From sequence record NZ_CP049260.1: a DNA stretch of 64,000 nt; one strand, 5' to 3'. Position 1 is the stretch's first letter, and every line of letters starts with the position of its first letter. Below, piece after piece: positions 58,207-64,000 of this stretch. The notes under the pieces are model-generated. The model was given only the letters and a program-made list of their open reading frames with translations, was not told the DNA's origin and made no database searches. Made by a program: the position numbers and the translations under genes. The stretch comes from a plasmid.

Positions 58207-60402
58207 ATGAAGCGTCATCATCTTTGGGTATTGAATCCTTGTTTACTTGCCATGATTTCTGCCTCCGCCTGGGGGGCACCGCAGAAAGAAGAGACGTTGG
58301 TGGTTGCCGCCAGCCGTACCGGACACAGCGCGGCGGATATGGCACAGACCACGTGGGTTATCGAACAGGCTGACATTGAACAGCAGGTTCAGGGCGGTAA
58401 AGAGTTAAAAGAAGTGCTGGCACAGCTGATCCCCGGCATGGATGTCAGCAGTCAGGGGCGCACCAATTACGGCATGAACATGCGTGGCCGCTCCATGATG
58501 GTGATGGTCGACGGCGTGCGTCTGAACTCCTCACGCAGCGACAGCCGCCAGCTGGATTCCATCGATCCGTTCAACATTGAGCGCATCGAAGTTATCTCCG
58601 GTGCGACCTCGCTGTACGGCGGTGGCAGCACCGGCGGTCTTATCAATATCGTGACCAAAAAAGGCCAGCCGGAGACGCAGGTTGAGTTCCAGACCGGGAT
58701 GAAAACCGGCTTTAACAGTCATAACGATCATGACGAAAATATGGCGGCAGCGGTGAGCGGCGGCAATGACAATGCTTCCGGGCGTCTGTCCGTCGCCTAT
58801 CAGCGCTACGGCGGCTGGTACGACGGTAACGGTGATGAATCCATTATCGATAACACCCAGACCGGCCTGCAGTATTCTGACCGTCTGGACGTGATGGGCA
58901 CCGGCACGCTCAATATTGATGATCACCAGCAGCTGCAGCTCACCACGCAATACTATAAAAGCCAGTCCGACGGTAAACACGGTCTGTTCCTCGGCGAGAA
59001 TTTCTCAGCGGTCACCGGCAACGGCACCGCCTACAACAAAGGCAATCTGGATTCAGACCGTCTGCCCGGCACTGAACGCCACCTGATTAATCTTCAGTAT
59101 TCCAACTCTGATGCCTGGGGCCAGGATCTGGTCGCGCAGATTTACTACCGCGATGAGAGTCTGACCTATTACCCGTTCCCGACGCTGAATGGCGATAAAA
59201 CCCGCGTGACCAGCATTGGTGCCTCACAGCAGAAAACGGATTTCTGGGGCGGCAAACTGACAGTCAACAGCAAGCCACTGGATGCTCTTTCTCTGACCTA
59301 TGGTGTGGATGCCGAGCATGAAACCTTTAATGCCAACCAGCAGTTTTTCGATCTGAATAAAGCGGCCGCCAGCGGCGGCATGAAGCTTGATAACGCGTAT
59401 AACGTCGGGCGCTACCCGGATTACAGCATTACGAACCTGGCTCCGTTCCTGCAGGCGAGTTATGACATCGATGCCATCACGTTAAGCGGCGGTGTGCGCT
59501 ATCAGTACACCGAGAATAAGGTCGATGATTTTGTTGGTTATACCCAGCAGCAGGGCATCGCCACCGGTAAAGCGACGTCTGCGGATGCCGTGCCGGGCGG
59601 CAAAACGGATTACAACAATCTGCTGTTTAACGCCGGTATTCTCGGCCACCTGAGTGAACGTCAGCAGCTGTGGTTTAACTTCTCGCAGGGGTTCGAACTG
59701 CCGGATCTCGCCAAATATTACGGCTCCGGCACCTATCGTCTTGAGAATGGTCACTACCGTCTGCTCAAAAGCGTTAACGTGAATGACTCGCGTCTCGATG
59801 GTATTAAAGTCGACAGCTATGAGCTCGGCTGGCGTTACACCGGCGACAACCTGCGTACCCAGCTCGCGGCGTACTACTCGGTTTCTGACAAAACCATTAA
59901 CATTAACAAGACCGATATGACCATCACCCTGGATGACGACAAGCGTCGTATCTACGGGCTTGAAGGGCAGGTCGATTACTTCTTCAGTGACAGCGACTGG
60001 AGCACCGGCGCGAACTTTAACGCCATCAAATCGGAAACCCGCGTGGACGGCGACTGGAAAAAGCTGACGGTCGACAGCGCCAGCCCGTCTAAAGTCAGTG
60101 CGTGGGTTAACTGGGCGCCGGATAACTGGACCCTGCGCCTGCAGAGCACCCAGACGTTCGATGTGTCTGATGATGCCGGTAAGAAAATCGACGGCTATAA
60201 CACGATGGACTTTATCGGCAGCTATGCGCTCCCGGTCGGTAAAATCGCATTCAGTGTCGAAAACCTGCTGGATAAGGATTACACCACCGTCTGGGGTCAG
60301 CGCGCGCCAGGATTGTACAGTCCGACTTATGGCTCACCGGATCTCTATACCTACAAAGGCCGCGGTCGTACGTTTGGCCTGAATTACTCCGTTCTGTTCT
60401 GA
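58207..60402 (+). CDS. iutA: TonB-dependent ferric-aerobactin outer-membrane receptor IutA
   Basis: A 731-aa protein with a signal peptide and a TonB-box region, plug and barrel domains ending in the terminal aromatic (…NYSVLF). Confidence 0.85.
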   Translation: MKRHHLWVLNPCLLAMISASAWGAPQKEETLVVAASRTGHSAADMAQTTWVIEQADIEQQVQGGKELKEVLAQLIPGMDVSSQGRTNYGMNMRGRSMMVMVDGVRLNSSRSDSRQLDSIDPFNIERIEVISGATSLYGGGSTGGLINIVTKKGQPETQVEFQTGMKTGFNSHNDHDENMAAAVSGGNDNASGRLSVAYQRYGGWYDGNGDESIIDNTQTGLQYSDRLDVMGTGTLNIDDHQQLQLTTQYYKSQSDGKHGLFLGENFSAVTGNGTAYNKGNLDSDRLPGTERHLINLQYSNSDAWGQDLVAQIYYRDESLTYYPFPTLNGDKTRVTSIGASQQKTDFWGGKLTVNSKPLDALSLTYGVDAEHETFNANQQFFDLNKAAASGGMKLDNAYNVGRYPDYSITNLAPFLQASYDIDAITLSGGVRYQYTENKVDDFVGYTQQQGIATGKATSADAVPGGKTDYNNLLFNAGILGHLSERQQLWFNFSQGFELPDLAKYYGSGTYRLENGHYRLLKSVNVNDSRLDGIKVDSYELGWRYTGDNLRTQLAAYYSVSDKTININKTDMTITLDDDKRRIYGLEGQVDYFFSDSDWSTGANFNAIKSETRVDGDWKKLTVDSASPSKVSAWVNWAPDNWTLRLQSTQTFDVSDDAGKKIDGYNTMDFIGSYALPVGKIAFSVENLLDKDYTTVWGQRAPGLYSPTYGSPDLYTYKGRGRTFGLNYSVLF

Positions 60403-60418
60403 TTACCGCCACATCACA

Positions 60419-60447
60419 CAGGCCGCCTGAGCGCGGCCTTTTTTATT
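60419..60447 (+). terminator. Rho-independent terminator after iutA
   Basis: An AGGCCGC-ctgagc-GCGGCCT hairpin followed by TTTTTTATT. Confidence 0.65.
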
Positions 60448-60620
60448 GCTGCTTTCTGAAGATGTCTCGCAAAAACGCGCTCGCCGGCAGGGCTCACCGT
60501 AGTGGTTATTGATTTCCGTTCTTTCCGTGTTGTGTGCCTTAGCTTTTGGCTGATAACTCTTCCCGAACTACCTGAAACCATCTTCTTTTCCCGTCATTTG
60601 GGCTTTTCTGCCTTCGCCGT

Positions 60621-60919
60621 CCGCTGAAATTTCTGGCAGGAAAGGCGTCATAAGCATGGCGATTTCACCGTGAAATAACTCATAAATAACATTTAAAATC
60701 AAACGCTTAATCTCATAATCAGCGTAGCGAAATGCGTGAAATTTCAGTACGCGCGCCAGCAGCAGACGGTAAAACATCCACTGTAGAGAGCAGGCGAACA
60801 AGTCATAGGCGATGCTGTGGAATAAAGAAAGGCGAGGCGAATAGTGGCGATTTCACCGTGAAATCCGTTCAGGAAAAAACGGTATTTCAGGGAGTTAACG
60901 GTGAAATCACCATGGCGAG
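60621..60919. repeat. Centromere-like (parS/sopC-like) palindromic repeats downstream of sopB
   Basis: The half-site GTGAAAT/ATTTCAC recurs about 5 times: ATTTCAC-C-GTGAAAT at 60661-60676 and 60849-60864, an inverted copy at 60898-60919, and TGAAATTTCA at 60624-60633 and 60736-60745. Confidence 0.5.
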
Positions 60920-60931
60920 TGCACATCCCGC

Positions 60932-61900
60932 TCAGGAGAGATGCTTCTTCAGAACGCTTTCAATGGCCTGGTCGAGTTCATCCTGTACGTCACGCGACAG
61001 GCGGTTGAATTCGTAGCTGAAGAGTCGTCCTTTAGTGCGCTTACGGGCGAAACGGTCTTTATCAGAGAAACGCCAGAGCGGGGAAATAACCGCTTTGTCT
61101 TTCGGGCCCGGTGACGTGAGCAGCTCCCCTTCACGCGCGATAATGCGCATGATGCGGTTCTTCACTTCATCTTCCGCCAGATCGGTGTCTGACAGCACGA
61201 TATCCACTTCACTGGCAATGGAATCGGTCAGTGTTTTCAGTGCGATGTCATTTTTCAGCAGCGTTTCTTCGACAGCGCTCAGCGTTTTATAGTCGCTGAA
61301 TGTCAGCTCGGACTGCACCGGGAAGAAGGCCAGCAGTTCAGCAGAGACCGACGCCGCCTGCAACGCACGGGTGACTTTTGCCTGCGACAGCCCTTCCTGC
61401 TCGGCTATCTCTTTCTGACTGAGACCTGCGTTTTTCAGCGCCATCAGCCGCAATCCGATTTCACGGATGTTGTGCTCTTTTGCCGTCTGGATATCTTTGG
61501 CGAGCTTGCGCGCCTCTTCTGACGTCAGCGCCGCTTCCGTCACCAGTACAGTCAGACCAGTATGACAGATGAGTGCCGCAGCACGACGGCGGGAGCCGTC
61601 CAGAATTTCAATACGGTCACCCGCTTTCACGCCAATCGCCGGGAAGAACTGCTGGAATTTCAGGGTGCGGGTGATATCGCGCAGCGATTCCGGCGTCAGC
61701 GCTGACTGCTCGCGCCCGTTGGTTTCCTGACGAACGAAGGTTTTTTCCGCCACATCCGCAGGCGCGACGCTTTCCAGCCGGAAGGTGGCTTTACGCCCGG
61801 AACTGAGTACAAATACTGACGTGAAAGTTTCAGCGTCCGTGCTCTCTTTAAACGGGGAATGGGTGAGTGTACGGCCAATCGTGACTCTTTTTGTGCTCAT
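60932..61900 (-). CDS. sopB: Plasmid partition protein ParB/SopB family
   Basis: A 322-aa protein. The ParB box 'EILDGSRRRAAAL' matches the F SopB block 'IADGSRRRKAAAL'. It sits immediately downstream of a SopA-type ParA. Confidence 0.8.
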   Translation of the reverse strand: MSTKRVTIGRTLTHSPFKESTDAETFTSVFVLSSGRKATFRLESVAPADVAEKTFVRQETNGREQSALTPESLRDITRTLKFQQFFPAIGVKAGDRIEILDGSRRRAAALICHTGLTVLVTEAALTSEEARKLAKDIQTAKEHNIREIGLRLMALKNAGLSQKEIAEQEGLSQAKVTRALQAASVSAELLAFFPVQSELTFSDYKTLSAVEETLLKNDIALKTLTDSIASEVDIVLSDTDLAEDEVKNRIMRIIAREGELLTSPGPKDKAVISPLWRFSDKDRFARKRTKGRLFSYEFNRLSRDVQDELDQAIESVLKKHLS

Positions 61901-61907
61901 AGTATTC

Positions 61908-63116
61908 TCAGCTCATACGAATAAATTCAATGCGGTCAAAAACCGCTTTGGCGAAATCTTCAGCGGCGGCACGCGCATTTTTCAGCGCCTCGCTGCTGCC
62001 GATGTAAGTGGCGGGGTTTGCGGAAATCACCGTATCAAATGACTCTCCGCAGCGCTCAAAGCCGTCCAGGCGGGGCAGAGCGACATCCAGCATATCGCCG
62101 CCGAAAATCTCTTTGGCGAGGCTGTGACAGAGCTTGTGATCTGCCTTGTTGAGCAGCTTCGACATAAAGCCGATGTTTTTCTGCAGTCTGACACGGCAGC
62201 CGGACTCTTCGATCAGCGCGATGAGCTCCGGCAGACGCGTCAGGTATTTGAGCGTCGAGTGGAAATCCACCTGCGCTGGCGGCACTGGCGTGAAAAGAAC
62301 GTCCGAGGCCGCAATCGCGTTCATCAGGAATGCATCCAGATGCGGGCCGCTGTCGACAAAAATAAAATCGTAGTCTCTGGCAATCTTATCGATGATGTTC
62401 TGGCGCAGGACACCATAAATACTGGTGCCCGGCAGATGCTCCGCACAGAGCTCTTCCCAGCGCGAGGCGATAAAGGCGTCTTCAATAGAAGCCGGCATTA
62501 CGTCCACGCCCGGCACAATCGACGGCACAATGAATTCTTCCAGCAACTCTTCGCGAGACACATTCTGCAGCATGGCCTGCGCGCTGGTGGTATCGACCGT
62601 TCCCACGGCGCGGGTGTGATTAAGGAACATGGTGGCGGAAGACTGCGGATCGAGATCAATCACCAGAATGCGCAGATCTTCAAACAGCAGGTGAGGATGC
62701 ACACGCAGCGCATGGGCAAGGGAAACCGTAGAAACCGTTTTGGAGACGCCGCCTTTCAGATTACCAACAAAAATGGTGAACGCTTCATCATGGCGGTCGC
62801 GGTATTTAGGCACGCCACGGTGATGGTAGAGATCGATAATATTCTGAACGGACATCGCATACTTGGTGGAAGAGCCCGCCGCGCGTTTATCAAAGACGTA
62901 TCCGTTCGCTTCCATTTCACTGACGGCATAATCAACGCTGGCGCGGGTCAGTCGCGGAAGTTTGGCCAGTGCCGCTTTGGCGTAGACCTGATAGAAGGTG
63001 TTTTCCTGAAGCTCATCTTTCTGATGCTGGATCTGCTCGGTCAGCCCGAGAAGCATTCTTTCTGAACGTTCGGCAACTTTCGTTAACTGCTGCTCATTAT
63101 CCATCACAACACTCAC
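61908..63116 (-). CDS. sopA: Plasmid partition ATPase ParA/SopA (type Ia with an N-terminal HTH extension)
   Basis: A 402-aa protein with the deviant Walker A 'GNLKGGVSKTVSTVSLA' and a Walker B 'FIFVDSGPHL'. The N-terminal extension of about 100 aa is typical of type Ia ParA. Confidence 0.85.
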   Translation of the reverse strand: MSVVMDNEQQLTKVAERSERMLLGLTEQIQHQKDELQENTFYQVYAKAALAKLPRLTRASVDYAVSEMEANGYVFDKRAAGSSTKYAMSVQNIIDLYHHRGVPKYRDRHDEAFTIFVGNLKGGVSKTVSTVSLAHALRVHPHLLFEDLRILVIDLDPQSSATMFLNHTRAVGTVDTTSAQAMLQNVSREELLEEFIVPSIVPGVDVMPASIEDAFIASRWEELCAEHLPGTSIYGVLRQNIIDKIARDYDFIFVDSGPHLDAFLMNAIAASDVLFTPVPPAQVDFHSTLKYLTRLPELIALIEESGCRVRLQKNIGFMSKLLNKADHKLCHSLAKEIFGGDMLDVALPRLDGFERCGESFDTVISANPATYIGSSEALKNARAAAEDFAKAVFDRIEFIRMS

Positions 63117-63249
63117 TGTATGCAGGATTTATTAATTTAAACGAAAATACAGCATAAAAGCCAGGTGGTAAACATAAATGTTGTACTTGTGTGCGCGTGT
63201 TCAAATCGCTGACGTCATAAGAGGTTAGTGCCAGAATCAGCAGCGCTCA

Positions 63250-63284
63250 CCGCAAAAACGAACGTGCGTCAGCCGTTCGTTTGA
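63250..63284 (-). terminator. Candidate rho-independent terminator upstream of sopA
   Basis: On the minus strand, an AAACGAACG-gctgacgca-CGTTCGTTT hairpin followed by TTGCGG. The T-run is contributed partly by the stem end. It may insulate sopAB from a replication gene lying beyond the window end. Confidence 0.35.
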
Positions 63285-63328
63285 GGAAGCGCAAAAGAGC
63301 GGAGGTTAAATGGGGCGTGGGATGCATA

Positions 63329-63392
63329 TGACCTGATTTTATCCACAGGCCAGATCTAAGTTTTCGATCCAGATAAGATCCCTTATATGATC
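63329..63392. promoter_or_regulatory. Origin-like element: consensus DnaA box plus a cluster of five GATC Dam sites
   Basis: TTATCCACA at 63329-63337 is a perfect DnaA-box consensus. Five GATC sites lie within about 50 bp (63343-63392). This arrangement is typical of P1/RepFIB-type iteron origins. Confidence 0.45.
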
Positions 63393-63443
63393 CTTAAAGA
63401 TCCCTTTTCTGAATTTCTTAATACGATCAGACGGTTGCGGCAG

Positions 63444-63555
63444 TTTCTAACCACTATAGCGAGCAGAACATCCACTGAAGCGAGCCGGATAACCACTGTA
63501 GCGAGGAGAGTAACGGCTGAAGAGAGTGCCTGGCATCCACTGTAGCGAGTAAAAC
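63444..63555. repeat. Iteron array 1 (4 copies) of the motif (A/T)(A/C)CCACT(A/G)T(A/G)G(C/T)GAG
   Basis: The copies are AACCACTATAGCGAG, ATCCACTGAAGCGAG, AACCACTGTAGCGAG and ATCCACTGTAGCGAG, spaced about 23-45 bp apart. They are adjacent to the DnaA box and GATC cluster. Confidence 0.6.
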
Positions 63556-63732
63556 GCAGGACTTTTCCATAACGGCCCTCTCTTTATAACTGGCTGTATT
63601 AAAAAGGGTTTCACCTTCTTCTTGTCAAGTTACTTCTGCGCATCAACATGTTTATTCACAGCGTCAGTACGTCTTTTATGTCTGGCTGCGGGTGACTGTA
63701 ACAGACTGACAGGTTCTTGTATGCGTTCGGGC

Positions 63733-63925
63733 TATCCACTATAGCGAGTGAATGACTGGATCCTGTCACGCCATCAACTAAAACAACCACTACAGAGAGT
63801 AAATAACCACTGTAGTGAGTAAACATCCACTGTGGAGAGTAAACAGCGCGGATAAGCATGTGACATATCCACTATGGTGAGTGATACTCTCACTGGCGAA
63901 GATAATAACCACTATGGTGAGTAAG
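63733..63925. repeat. Iteron array 2 (6 copies, more degenerate) of the same motif
   Basis: The copies are ATCCACTATAGCGAG, AACCACTACAGAGAG, AACCACTGTAGTGAG, ATCCACTGTGGAGAG, ATCCACTATGGTGAG and AACCACTATGGTGAG. This may be an incA-like copy-control array, and the rep gene presumably lies beyond 64000. Confidence 0.55.
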
Positions 63926-64000
63926 CACCGGTATTCAGGACAGGAGACCCCGCACGTGGCTGATGAAGAGAACATCAATATCAACGATGCCTTCAGTGAA

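Noticed and set aside
60568-60801. A 77-aa minus-strand ORF (and 60732..61016 on the plus strand) inside the sopB-proximal repeat region
   Set aside because: It spans the centromere-like palindromes, has no ribosome-binding site and shows no family signal.
63440-63930. Regularly recurring roughly 15-bp repeats that could be mistaken for a CRISPR array
   Set aside because: The repeats are only about 15 bp, imperfect and irregularly spaced (23-50 bp), and present in both orientations relative to the gaps. They sit next to a DnaA box, a GATC cluster and parAB, so they are plasmid iterons, not CRISPR repeats.

Overview
The window is high-GC enterobacterial DNA whose gene content resembles a large RepFIB/F-like virulence megaplasmid, comparable to the Cronobacter pESA3/pCTU1 class. 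Plasmid versus integrated element cannot be decided from the sequence alone.

Gene content, 5' to 3':
- The 3' end of a type VI secretion cluster (tssF partial, tssG, tssJ).
- A thiol:disulfide (DsbD-family/ScsB-like plus DsbG) operon.
- An AT-rich islet with an orphan SUKH (SMI1/KNR4) immunity gene and a frameshifted immunity-like gene.
- An eitABCD-like iron ABC transporter with a divergent MFS gene.
- A Xer-like tyrosine recombinase followed by three translationally coupled genes: an unknown 408-aa protein, a two-HKD phospholipase-D-family protein, and a RapA/SNF2-like helicase. This is the most interesting block and I read it as a candidate, apparently undescribed, defence or restriction-like module.
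- Housekeeping or accessory genes: SDR, histidine phosphatase, two MCP chemoreceptors, MBL-fold hydrolase, guanine deaminase, GST, an HAAAP permease, a degenerate Clp-like AAA+ fragment, an mgtB-like Mg2+ P-type ATPase with a long leader and a Pro-Pro-Pro leader ORF, roxA/ycfD, and an autotransporter adhesin.
- The treZ-treY-treX trehalose-from-glycogen operon.
- A hipBA toxin-antitoxin with operator palindromes.
- A complete aerobactin locus (siderophore-interacting protein, MFS, iucABCD, iutA) with a near-perfect Fur box.
- A sopAB/parAB partition module flanked by centromere-like palindromes, a DnaA box, a GATC cluster and about 10 iterons.

Many overlapping antisense ORFs in the six-frame track are shadow ORFs of GC-rich genes and are not reported as features.
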